A stretch of DNA of 33,717 nucleotides from a virus. Taxonomy: Duplodnaviria; Caudoviricetes. Both the position numbers and the translations under genes were made by a program. Below are positions 1 through 7,336 of the stretch, in pieces (position 1 is the first letter of the stretch; each line of letters starts with the position of its first letter). The stretch covers positions 1 through 33,717 of IMG/VR virus record IMGVR_UViG_3300012348_000004; one strand, written 5' to 3'. Below the pieces are notes generated by a model that was given only the letters and a program-made list of their open reading frames with translations, made no database searches and was not told the origin of the DNA.

Positions 1-215
1 TTGATGTCTTGCAAAGCGCAGTAATTAACAAGGCAGACCATGACATCACCAACAGAATCAACAATAGCCTCCTTGTCATTTTTAATGGTCGCATCTGCTA
101 GTTCTCCCATTTCTGATACTGCTTTGAGTAGCTGAGTTTCTGGATTGCTGTTAGGGATAATTCTGCGAGCCTCGGCCCATTGAATTATTTTCATCTCTAC
201 GTTTGCATAGCTCAT
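1..215 (-). CDS. MazG-like NTP pyrophosphohydrolase, runs off the window edge
   Basis: Manual translation MSYANVEMKIIQWAEARRIIPNSNPETQLLKAVSEMGELADATIKNDKEAIVDSVGDVMVCLVNYC...; ExxE...DxxGD acidic motif; ATG 215 overlaps the TGA of the upstream gene. Confidence 0.8.
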   Translation of the reverse strand, partial: MSYANVEMKIIQWAEARRIIPNSNPETQLLKAVSEMGELADATIKNDKEAIVDSVGDVMVCLVNYCALQDI

Positions 216-403
216 AATTTTCCTCCGTCTATTCTGTTTTGTTTTAGATTGATTGCTGTTATTTTCTTTAACCAACAGGACTGACATATCCACTTTTGAC
301 CATTTTCAATGCCGCCCTCTGGTGGTTTATCTGTATCGCATTTGGTACAGAATTTAAACTTATGGGTTGAGAAAGTCGAACCCATATCGATTGATGGCAT
401 CAT
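212..403 (-). CDS. Small CxxC...CxxC zinc-binding protein
   Basis: CTKC and CQSC pairs; ATGA-coupled on both sides. Confidence 0.65.
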   Translation of the reverse strand: MMPSIDMGSTFSTHKFKFCTKCDTDKPPEGGIENGQKWICQSCWLKKITAINLKQNRIDGGKL

Positions 404-747
404 TTTGCTTCCCCCTTAATGCCGTGTGCGGCTTCGATGGCTCGGGCAATGTCAATGCGATGCTGATCCCAAGGGACTGTGTAGTCAACACTGCGCCACG
501 CCTTGTCAATTTCCTCATCCGTCAGCGGCTTGCGCTGTGGTGCATTAGCTTTTCCGTATGCTTCACCAAATCCGTAGCCGTTGTGATAGCCAAGCCGATA
601 CATTCCGTTTTCTGTCAAAGGCTCATCCTTCGCTTCTAGTGCGGCTTTAATGGCGTCTCTGGTTTCAATTGGGCGCAAGATTGCTCCGTGTTCACAGAAC
701 ATTTCCATCGCCTCCAATGCAATGCGTAATGCTTCGTCTTTGGTCAT
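400..747 (-). CDS. Hypothetical modular phage protein (MTKDEAL...KPLTDEEI...ARAIEAAHGI type)
   Basis: 115 aa ORF, ATGA-coupled to its neighbours. Confidence 0.7.
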   Translation of the reverse strand: MTKDEALRIALEAMEMFCEHGAILRPIETRDAIKAALEAKDEPLTENGMYRLGYHNGYGFGEAYGKANAPQRKPLTDEEIDKAWRSVDYTVPWDQHRIDIARAIEAAHGIKGEAK

Positions 748-980
748 GTCATTCCTAACTTCTTTAAAGCAGCCTGTAACCCTGCCAAACCACCTACTCT
801 TTGGTCACCAATGAATATCTGTGGCATTTGTCTAGCTTCTGGATAGTTCGCAACAAAGTTAGCAAACCTGTTACCAGTCTCAATGTCTATCTCTTTGTAT
901 TCAATATTCAAAGACTGAAGTAAATTCTTAGCTGTCACACAATTAGGACAACCAGATTTACTGTAGATAGTGACGTTCAT
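744..980 (-). CDS. Glutaredoxin (dithiol, Grx3-like)
   Basis: IYSKSGCPNC active site, MPQIFI cis-Pro motif, VGG motif. Confidence 0.9.
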   Translation of the reverse strand: MNVTIYSKSGCPNCVTAKNLLQSLNIEYKEIDIETGNRFANFVANYPEARQMPQIFIGDQRVGGLAGLQAALKKLGMT

Positions 981-1279
981 GCTGTTCTAGCCCTTATCAA
1001 AGTTGCACACGTTTTTGCTGCTTGTTCTGCAATAGGAGTCATATCCTTAGATAAGTCATCGCATAACTTTGCACACATCTCTCTTTCTAACTTAACAACC
1101 TTAGCAATCAATTCTTTTGAGCGTTCAGCAAATTCTTCTGGACTCATCTCACCTTTAGGAACTCGTTGAATTGACATATTAGTTATTTCAGCCTCACCAT
1201 TACGGATAAGGTCTACCCATTTGTTAAATGCTTCAAGTGAATATGCTAACTTGTCACGCATTTGTTGTTCATCAGTCAT
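977..1279 (-). CDS. Hypothetical protein (ERExCAKLC...CAxxIRAR type)
   Basis: 100 aa ORF, ATGA-coupled; C-terminal pattern shared with 8025..8303. Confidence 0.7.
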   Translation of the reverse strand: MTDEQQMRDKLAYSLEAFNKWVDLIRNGEAEITNMSIQRVPKGEMSPEEFAERSKELIAKVVKLEREMCAKLCDDLSKDMTPIAEQAAKTCATLIRARTA

Positions 1280-1452
1280 TTGACTCTCCGAAACTCTTGT
1301 CTTTCAGGAGGAGGAGGTGTCATCTTCTCACTTGGAGGAGTCCATCCATACTTTCTCCAAACAGCTTGGACATCCGATCCTGATGACCATTTGAAATCTT
1401 TGTTTGCTACCGATGGATAGCTAATCTTTGAATATGGTGGTTTTTCAATCAT
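1276..1452 (-). CDS. Hypothetical protein (58 aa)
   Basis: Start moved to ATG 1452, which overlaps the upstream TGA. Confidence 0.65.
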   Translation of the reverse strand: MIEKPPYSKISYPSVANKDFKWSSGSDVQAVWRKYGWTPPSEKMTPPPPERQEFRRVK

Positions 1453-1763
1453 GCTGTCCACTCCCTTTCTGAACGACCTGAATCTGATTTGACTGTCTTA
1501 CCAGTTAACTTGATAAGCCCAATCTTTTGCATTTCATTTAAGCGCCTGGCAACCTGATTTGAGTCTAGGTTTGTCATGGCTGAGATTCCATCTTTACCGA
1601 GTGGCCCATAAGTCTGTAGGCACTCTAAGATTGTTTGGAAGTGGTGGGAAGCAACAGGCTTGATTGCTTCTGCTGCCTCATGTGATGTTACAGGGTCTGT
1701 TTTCCTTACTCTAGGAAACTCAGGCATCTGAAACATCTTCTCGAAAGCACTTTTAATATCCAT
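1449..1763 (-). CDS. Winged-helix DNA-binding protein
   Basis: DPVTSHEAA followed by HTH-like GKDGISAMTNLDSNQVARRLNEM and wing SGRSEREW; AGGAG SD. Confidence 0.7.
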   Translation of the reverse strand: MDIKSAFEKMFQMPEFPRVRKTDPVTSHEAAEAIKPVASHHFQTILECLQTYGPLGKDGISAMTNLDSNQVARRLNEMQKIGLIKLTGKTVKSDSGRSEREWTA

Positions 1764-1780
1764 TATTAACTCCTATTTAT

Positions 1781-1826
1781 TGGTGGGCTACTAACGTTCG
1801 TCCGCTATTTCTAGCCGCTTTCGCCC
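1781..1826 (-). ncRNA. Candidate structured RNA, unit A (46 nt; loop-E stem, GAAA tetraloop, 3' ACCA)
   Basis: GGGC-GAA-AGCG-GCUA-GAAA-UAGC-GGACGAA-CGUU-AGUA-GCCC-ACCA; all stems pair; intergenic. Confidence 0.7.
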
Positions 1827-1831
1827 GTAAT

Positions 1832-1922
1832 TGGTGAAGCCTACTCGCTACGTCTGTGATAGCTAAACGGGAGGGACTTGCACCCCTTACTTTGTCCTCG
1901 CACAGCATCCGCTTTCGGCTTC
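1832..1922 (-). ncRNA. Candidate structured RNA, unit B (91 nt; loop-E stem, T-loop-like hairpin, 3' ACCA)
   Basis: GAAGCC-GAAA-GC...CUGUG-[...GGGG-UGCAAGU-CCCU...]-CACAG...GC-GAGUA-GGCUUC-ACCA; same architecture as unit A. Confidence 0.7.
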
Positions 1923-1928
1923 TTAAAC

Positions 1929-2171
1929 TTAGAATGGCATTGAGTCGTCTGAATCGAAGCCAGTCGCTTTAGACCGCTCAGAAGGCTTTGCCATAGGCTC
2001 TTTAGGTGATACTGCCAAGCCCATGAATTTACCGCTCTTGCCTTCTTTTACCCATGCTGATAACCAATAGTCTTTGCCATCAACAGTAATATTCCCTTTG
2101 TAATGAGGGTGCTTTTCGGTTTCTTTTTTGTCATTGGAAAACAAAACACCACTATTATTTCTCTGTTCCAT
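1929..2171 (-). CDS. Small SSB-like protein with acidic PF tail
   Basis: PHYKGNITVDG..YWLSAW beta-rich core; ends DSDDSMPF like the bacterial SSB C-terminus; directly downstream of the annealing protein. Confidence 0.7.
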   Translation of the reverse strand: MEQRNNSGVLFSNDKKETEKHPHYKGNITVDGKDYWLSAWVKEGKSGKFMGLAVSPKEPMAKPSERSKATGFDSDDSMPF

Positions 2172-2827
2172 TACATTTCCTTCGCTTTCTTGATTTGTGA
2201 ACGCACTTTACTGGGAAGCAAAGTCCATAGAGCAACCTTTTGAGAGTCGTCTAAGCTCTCTGATTCCAACTTAACCCAAGCTGCCTTGGGATCACCTTGT
2301 TCGCAACTGGCAATAAGGTCTATCGCCAATTCCTCCAAGTACTTTAATTCCTCAATAGGAATTTCATCTAATGCACCTTTAGTAGGAGTAATCACTACTG
2401 CCTTACCATCTTCAGGCAGGTCTTCACCACTATACAAGTACATGCCCAAGCCATGAAGTGCTAGAGCCTTTGTCATACAACGCATGATTGCTGTGTTAAC
2501 TGCAAAAGCATCAGGTTTAGGGATTGCTTTGTTGCGATAGTCCATCACAGGCAATTGGCAAGTCATAGGTTTGCCAAACATGGTGACTGTAACGAACACC
2601 ATTGCTGTGCCGTTGATGTCCATAAAGCACTTGCCATCGAACATCTCTACCCTGTAAGTAGCATTAGCATCAGCTTTGAGAGCTTCTGCCCATGCCCAAG
2701 CCCATGATAGATAGGATAAGCCATTCTTTTTCTCAACATGGTCGTTGACATTCTTTGCCAACAACTTTGCAATCAGTTCTTTTCTGTCAACCAATAAGCC
2801 TGGTTGGTTTGGGTCTTGTGTAAACAT
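2171..2827 (-). CDS. Sak3/DUF1071-like single-strand annealing protein
   Basis: VEKKNGLSYLSWAWAW, LPVMDYRNK and NTAIMRCMTKALALHGLG.YLY.GEDLP motifs. Confidence 0.85.
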   Translation of the reverse strand: MFTQDPNQPGLLVDRKELIAKLLAKNVNDHVEKKNGLSYLSWAWAWAEALKADANATYRVEMFDGKCFMDINGTAMVFVTVTMFGKPMTCQLPVMDYRNKAIPKPDAFAVNTAIMRCMTKALALHGLGMYLYSGEDLPEDGKAVVITPTKGALDEIPIEELKYLEELAIDLIASCEQGDPKAAWVKLESESLDDSQKVALWTLLPSKVRSQIKKAKEM

Positions 2828-2828
2828 A

Positions 2829-3008
2829 TTAACTCCTGTAAGTATCTAACTCTTGTTGAATGATTTTCTTTTGTGTTTCAAGGTTGAAGTACTTGAAATC
2901 GATAAAGTCATCGGAACAGCATGACTGGTTTGTTTTTACTGTTAAACAGTATTGGCAGTAGTGAATCCCTGAGAATTCTTCTATGTAAGTTTCAAGCAAG
3001 GATTTCAT
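2829..3008 (-). CDS. Small Cys-containing protein (59 aa), not in ORF track
   Basis: MKSLLETYIEEFSGIHYCQYCLTVKTNQSCCSDDF...; exactly fills the gap; TAATG-coupled to the upstream gene. Confidence 0.7.
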   Translation of the reverse strand: MKSLLETYIEEFSGIHYCQYCLTVKTNQSCCSDDFIDFKYFNLETQKKIIQQELDTYRS

Positions 3009-3208
3009 TAGTGGAGCTTGTCAAAAGCCATTTCCCAAAGAACATCACTTGCTAGGATTGTGAGTTTATCTAACTCATCTTCTGTCAGAGGTGTTCCATC
3101 TTCATAGCAAGCATAGCTAAAGTATGCGTCTGAGAAATCAGGATAATCCCTACTATCCACTCCATCTACTTCTAGGTCTACGACCTTCTTTCCATTTAAT
3201 ATTGGCAT
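3008..3208 (-). CDS. Hypothetical acidic protein, first gene of the left arm
   Basis: Start moved to ATG 3208 (AGGAG SD upstream); VDSRDYPDFSDAY core. Confidence 0.7.
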   Translation of the reverse strand: MPILNGKKVVDLEVDGVDSRDYPDFSDAYFSYACYEDGTPLTEDELDKLTILASDVLWEMAFDKLH

Positions 3209-3250
3209 CTGTTCACTCCTGTTAAACGTGGTTTTGTTGTCCACATCGAT

Positions 3251-3324
3251 AATGTGCCACAGCTTTTTAACCTTTTACATAGGTATTTACCCCTAGTGAC
3301 AAACAAAAAAAACAACATTATTAT
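3251..3324. promoter_or_regulatory. Divergent sigma70-like promoters flanking a 16-bp dyad (TAGGTATTTACCCCTA, 3280-3295)
   Basis: Rightward GTGACA(3296)-17-TATTAT(3319); leftward TGTAAA-17-CACATT with TG extension; lies at the strand switch. Confidence 0.6.
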
Positions 3325-3331
3325 GTTTGGC

Positions 3332-3505
3332 ATGAACATCGAACAAATGGAACAAACTTGTGCGGAAACCCTACAGGGCTACGCTAATCGCATGGCTAGT
3401 GTCTATGTGGATCATCCAGAGGACTTCAAGGCTGCTGTAACGGCTTTGCTTGCCAGGACTCTAGAACTTCACCTAAACAAACCAATTGACCTAGAAAAAC
3501 TATGA
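3332..3505 (+). CDS. Hypothetical protein (57 aa), probably leaderless
   Basis: ATG 7 nt after the TATTAT -10, no SD; ATGA-coupled to the next gene. Confidence 0.6.
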   Translation: MNIEQMEQTCAETLQGYANRMASVYVDHPEDFKAAVTALLARTLELHLNKPIDLEKL

Positions 3506-3864
3506 CCCAAGAAAGACTCATTAAGGCTTTACAGAATGGCCCACTAACCTCTTCTGAAATAGCAGACTTGACTGGTATGCCAAAGGCTACTGTTTTGTCA
3601 ACAGCAAAGAAGTTACGCTACAAAGGTGAACTCACTACTGAGATTGTGAAAGTAGGACGCCATAACTTAGCTAAGTACACTTTGGCAGATCACATGATTG
3701 AAAAGAGAGTTAAGACCACAGTAGATGAAACAGGTCGCTGCTTACTTAATCCTTTTGACATCAGGAACGCTAAAGGCATCTTTACTAAGGCTGAGTACGC
3801 TGTGATGAATGCACAAGCTCGTAGGCTTTTTAAGGGAAACCCTGATTTCACAAAAAATCTTTAA
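3502..3864 (+). CDS. Winged-HTH DNA-binding protein
   Basis: GPLTSSEIADLTGMPKATVLSTAKKL HTH signature. Confidence 0.75.
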   Translation: MTQERLIKALQNGPLTSSEIADLTGMPKATVLSTAKKLRYKGELTTEIVKVGRHNLAKYTLADHMIEKRVKTTVDETGRCLLNPFDIRNAKGIFTKAEYAVMNAQARRLFKGNPDFTKNL

Positions 3865-3866
3865 TG

Positions 3867-3895
3867 TTTACAAAGTAGAATAGTTTTGATATTAT
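3867..3895 (+). promoter_or_regulatory. Sigma70-like promoter of the replication operon
   Basis: TTTACA-17-TATTAT with extended -10 TG; predicted start near 3901. Confidence 0.65.
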
Positions 3896-3900
3896 GGAAT

Positions 3901-3955
3901 CCAGCTAGGTCGGACTAATTACCCGACCGAAAAGAGTTAGCCCTTCTCCTGCTGG
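3901..3955 (+). ncRNA. Three-way-junction leader RNA, c4/c4-2-like architecture
   Basis: CCAGC/GCUGG closing stem, GGUCGG-loop-CCGACC hairpin, GAAAAG junction, second weak hairpin; begins at the predicted start site. Confidence 0.5.
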
Positions 3956-3991
3956 CAATTCCTTTTAAGGGTGGTTTAAAAAGCGGACAAT

Positions 3992-4714
3992 ATGCACTAT
4001 TACCAGTTCAACATTGGTGACTATCAAAGTCACACCTCTCATCTTTCTGAGATTGAAGATTTAGTCTACAGGCGCTTGCTTGATTGGTACTACCTTCATG
4101 AACTCCCAATTCCACTTGATGAATCTGAAGTTTCTAGACAGATACGAATGCGTTCGCATACCGAAAGCATTGCAATCGTATTGCGAGAGTATTTTGAATA
4201 CACTGAAAATGGGTGGATTCATAACCGAGCAAACAAAGAAATAGCCAAAGCTGGTGACAAATCAGAGAAGGCTAAAGCTAGCGCAAATGCTAGATGGGGA
4301 AAGAAAGATGCGAACGCATTGCCAACGCTATCCGAAAGCAATGCTACACATAACACATTACCCATAACACAAGACACAGAACACAAGACACAAAAGAAAG
4401 CAACTATCGTTGCCTGTCCACCAGATGTTGATCAACAAGTTTGGGATGATTGGAAACAACTCAGGAAAGCCAAGAAAGCGCCTGTGACTGAAACTGTTGT
4501 GAACAGCGCAAGAAAAGAAGCTGGAAAAGCAGGCATGAGCTTTAGTGATTTCCTAACTGTTTGGTGTGCGAGAGGCTCTCAAGGTTTGCAAGCTGATTGG
4601 TTAAAACCTGAAGAGAAAAACCTAAGCAAGACTGGTCAAATGAACCAAAGAGTTATCTCTGGTTTAACAAGAGGCTTAATCGGAGGTAGCAATGTCAAAT
4701 TACTTGGAAGCTGA
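3992..4714 (+). CDS. DUF1376/YdaU-type replication initiator
   Basis: MHYYQFNIGDY..T.HL...E...YRRLLDWYY N-terminus; W.DW...RKAKKAP C-terminal domain; internal iterons. Confidence 0.85.
   Translation: MHYYQFNIGDYQSHTSHLSEIEDLVYRRLLDWYYLHELPIPLDESEVSRQIRMRSHTESIAIVLREYFEYTENGWIHNRANKEIAKAGDKSEKAKASANARWGKKDANALPTLSESNATHNTLPITQDTEHKTQKKATIVACPPDVDQQVWDDWKQLRKAKKAPVTETVVNSARKEAGKAGMSFSDFLTVWCARGSQGLQADWLKPEEKNLSKTGQMNQRVISGLTRGLIGGSNVKLLGS
4142..4394. repeat. Probable replication origin: two opposed 11-bp iteron clusters plus seven 7-bp ACACA-type repeats
   Basis: ATGCGAACGCA/TTGCCAACGCT/ATCCGAAAGCA at 4308-4340; inverted cluster near 4142-4185; heptamers at 4346-4394. Confidence 0.65.
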
Positions 4715-5093
4715 TTTTTGTACACAAGACGAAGGTCTTGACTACATTTTTGCTCGAATGATGGCGATATTTGGAACACCATTTAATCGTCACTTTGATG
4801 GAATAGACCCAGAGTTTGTTAGACAAGAATGGAAAAGCCAATTAGGTCGATTCCTGACATACAGACCAAGCATGGACTTTGCCATTGCCAAACTGGATGG
4901 AGAGTTTATTCCGAGTGCCATTAAGTTCCGAAACTTGTGCAACCAAGGGCCAAACATTCCGAACAAAGAGGTTTTGCAGATCGAGAAGCAATCTACCGAG
5001 GTAGATAAACAAGCAGCATTGTTGGCCAAAGAGAAGGCTAAAAAGTGGCTTGAGAAACACAAGTGGAGGAAAAATGAAAGTTCTTCCAATTAA
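4692..5093 (+). CDS. Putative helicase loader / replication accessory protein
   Basis: Overlaps the end of the initiator, the position of lambda P; FIPSAIKFRNLC motif. Function is positional inference. Confidence 0.5.
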   Translation: MSNYLEADFCTQDEGLDYIFARMMAIFGTPFNRHFDGIDPEFVRQEWKSQLGRFLTYRPSMDFAIAKLDGEFIPSAIKFRNLCNQGPNIPNKEVLQIEKQSTEVDKQAALLAKEKAKKWLEKHKWRKNESSSN

Positions 5094-5688
5094 CAATTTC
5101 GAGGTAGAACCTTGGTTGCTTGAAAAACACTATGCCAAGCGTATGTGTCCAATTTCTCATTCTTTCGGACTTTATGTTGATGAACAATTAGTTGGAATTG
5201 TTACATACGGAGTTCCAGCAAGCCCATTTCTTTGCATGGGAGTTTGTGGTGTTGATAACAAAGATAAGGTTTTAGAACTTAATCGTCTTTGTTTAAATGA
5301 TGGCGTAAAAAATGGTGCATCTTTTCTGGTGAGTAAGAGTTTACAAATGTTGCCAAAACCGACAATAGTTGTTTCATACGCAGATACAGCGATGGGTCAT
5401 GTTGGATACATCTACCAGGCAAGTAACTTTCTGTTCACTGGTACGACAAAAGAACGTACCGATATGGCTGGTGAGGATGGTAAACATAGCCGACACAGTT
5501 TTGGTAATTCTGAAATAAGAATTAACAGAAGCGCCAAGCATCGATATGTTTATTTTGTTGGTAGCAAATCACAAAAGAATAGTTTGCTAAAACAATTGAA
5601 CTATGAGGTTTTACCTTATCCAAAAGGCGATACGCAACGCTATGACGCTGGAACAACTGTAAAAACCCAACAACTTTTATTTGTATGA
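5074..5688 (+). CDS. Mom-like GNAT-fold DNA modification enzyme
   Basis: HYAKR, LVG.VTYG.P, LELNRL, VVSYAD...GH.GYIYQASNF..TG motifs typical of the Mu Mom family; GGAGG SD before ATG 5074. Confidence 0.8.
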   Translation: MKVLPINNFEVEPWLLEKHYAKRMCPISHSFGLYVDEQLVGIVTYGVPASPFLCMGVCGVDNKDKVLELNRLCLNDGVKNGASFLVSKSLQMLPKPTIVVSYADTAMGHVGYIYQASNFLFTGTTKERTDMAGEDGKHSRHSFGNSEIRINRSAKHRYVYFVGSKSQKNSLLKQLNYEVLPYPKGDTQRYDAGTTVKTQQLLFV

Positions 5689-5807
5689 ATTATTTTGAAG
5701 CAATGAGACTACTGGACAAGGTGCGTGAAGGCGTACCTTATCCACTACACCTGATAAACAAAGCCTTAGAGCTTACTGGCGACTTATGTATTCCAGAAGA
5801 AATGTAG
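5685..5807 (+). CDS. Hypothetical protein (40 aa), not in ORF track
   Basis: MNYFEAMRLLDKVREGVPYPLHLINKALELTGDLCIPEEM; ATGA-coupled to the mom-like gene. Confidence 0.6.
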   Translation: MNYFEAMRLLDKVREGVPYPLHLINKALELTGDLCIPEEM

Positions 5808-5995
5808 AAGGCCCAAGCGATAGAAAAATCCTCGAGATGGCAGAGGCTCGTGAACTCTATCGCAATTGGGAATGGTCAAAGAATCGTGATTTGATTCGAG
5901 CCAGATTGGAACGAGCAGAGCGAATCTATGGCATTGGCGCTAGAGATCGCATAAGAGCTTTTATGAAACAAATGCAAGATGGGACACTTGAATGA
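5786..5995 (+). CDS. Hypothetical protein
   Basis: 69 aa ORF in operon, ATGA-coupled to the RusA gene. Confidence 0.6.
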   Translation: MYSRRNVEGPSDRKILEMAEARELYRNWEWSKNRDLIRARLERAERIYGIGARDRIRAFMKQMQDGTLE

Positions 5996-6420
5996 CAATG
6001 ATGATAACTTTTAAAGTAGATGGCGACCCTGTTGGAAAACAAAGAGCAAGGTATGCCAAACGTGGGAACTTTGTCCAAACTTACACCCCTGACAAAACCC
6101 GCAACTATGAGGCTTCAATCAAAGAAGCGGCTATACAGGCAATGGGAAGCTCAGAATGTTTGGAAACCCCTGTAAACCTGTATTTGTACATCAGAGCGCC
6201 AATCCCTAAGTCATTGCCTAAAAAGCGCCTAGAAGCCATTTCTAATGGTTCAGAGAAGCCGATTAAAAAGCCAGATGCTTCCAATGTGCTGAAAAGTGTA
6301 GAAGATGCAATGAATGGAGTGGTTTACAAAGATGATTCTCAAATTGTGAATATCCACGTTACCAAGGTTTACAGCTCCCAATCTGGAATCGATGTGTGTG
6401 TTAAGGAGTGTTTGGAATGA
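5992..6420 (+). CDS. rusA: RusA-family Holliday junction resolvase
   Basis: G.PVGKQRAR N-terminus; KPDASNVLKSVEDAMNGVVYKDDSQIV catalytic motif. Confidence 0.9.
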   Translation: MTMMITFKVDGDPVGKQRARYAKRGNFVQTYTPDKTRNYEASIKEAAIQAMGSSECLETPVNLYLYIRAPIPKSLPKKRLEAISNGSEKPIKKPDASNVLKSVEDAMNGVVYKDDSQIVNIHVTKVYSSQSGIDVCVKECLE

Positions 6421-7271
6421 GCAACCCATTTAAGATTTCAGTACCGACTTGCATTAGTTTTTCTGGTGGCAGAACTTCTGCTTATATGCTTTACCGAGTC
6501 CTACAGGCTCACCAGATGAGCCTACCAAGTGATGCAAAAGTAATATTTGCAAATACTGGCAAGGAAGAAGAAGCTACTTTAAAGTTTGTCAATGCTTGCT
6601 CTGAAAAATGGAATGTTCCAATTATTTGGCTTGAATATGTAGAAGTTGATGGTGAACATTCTTTTAAACAAGTTGATTACCAAACAGCCAGCAGAAATGG
6701 CGAACCTTTTGAGCAAATCATTAAACATTTTGACAATGCATTACCAAATGGTAGAGCCAGATATTGTTCCGCTAATCTAAAAACTAGAACTTTTCACAGA
6801 TATTTAAAGTCTATTGGCTGGAAAGAATGGGAATCTTTTATTGGGATTCGTGCCGATGAGCCTAAACGAGTAGTTAAATTTAGGGCAAATCCTAATCCAG
6901 AAGGTAGCTATGAGACTGTATTTTTGCCGTTAGCACAAGACAATATTTCATCTAAAGATGTAAGCAATTTCTAGAAACAACAAGATTTCGATTTAGGCCT
7001 GCCAAATATCAATGGCAAAACAATGCATGGGAATTGTGATTTGTGTATGTTGAAGCCAAAAGCTCAGATTCTTAGCCTTATTCAAGAAAAGCCAGAGAGA
7101 GCATTGTGGTGGATAAAACAAGAGGAAGAATCTTTTGAAAGATGTCCTGGTGATGGGAAATTCTTTGCCATTGATAGACCAACTTATGCACAAATGTACA
7201 AATACGCTGCTGAACAAACGGATATGTTTGATCAAAACGAAGAAGCAATTTCATGTTTTTGTGGTGACTAA
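6417..7271 (+). pseudogene. PAPS-reductase-like (PP-loop) protein interrupted by one in-frame TAG at 6972-6974
   Basis: ISFSGGRTS PP-loop, ANTGKE, RYCS, IGIRADE; same frame continues after the TAG through GNCDLC to SCFCGD (284 codons). Confidence 0.8.
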
Positions 7272-7313
7272 GGGTAAATCCCTATTCAACAAATATCAAA
7301 ACATAGATAAAGT
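7269..7313 (+). promoter_or_regulatory. Dyad TAAGGGTAAATCCCTA abutting a weak sigma70-like promoter
   Basis: 14/16 match to the reverse complement of the 3280 dyad; TTCAAC-17-TAAAGT follows directly. Confidence 0.5.
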
Positions 7314-7336
7314 TTAATTTTTAACAGGAGTGAATC

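Noticed and set aside
1832-1922. Canonical tRNA, full YrlA or hammerhead ribozyme
   Set aside because: No D-arm/anticodon cloverleaf, no room for YrlA acceptor-like and D arms after the T-like loop, and no CUGANGA core
3254-3331. Upstream GTG start given in the ORF track
   Set aside because: It would run through the divergent promoters and the dyad; ATG 3332 fits the promoter
4346-4394. CRISPR-like or mobile-element repeat
   Set aside because: 7-bp tandem units without spacers inside a coding gene; better explained as part of the origin
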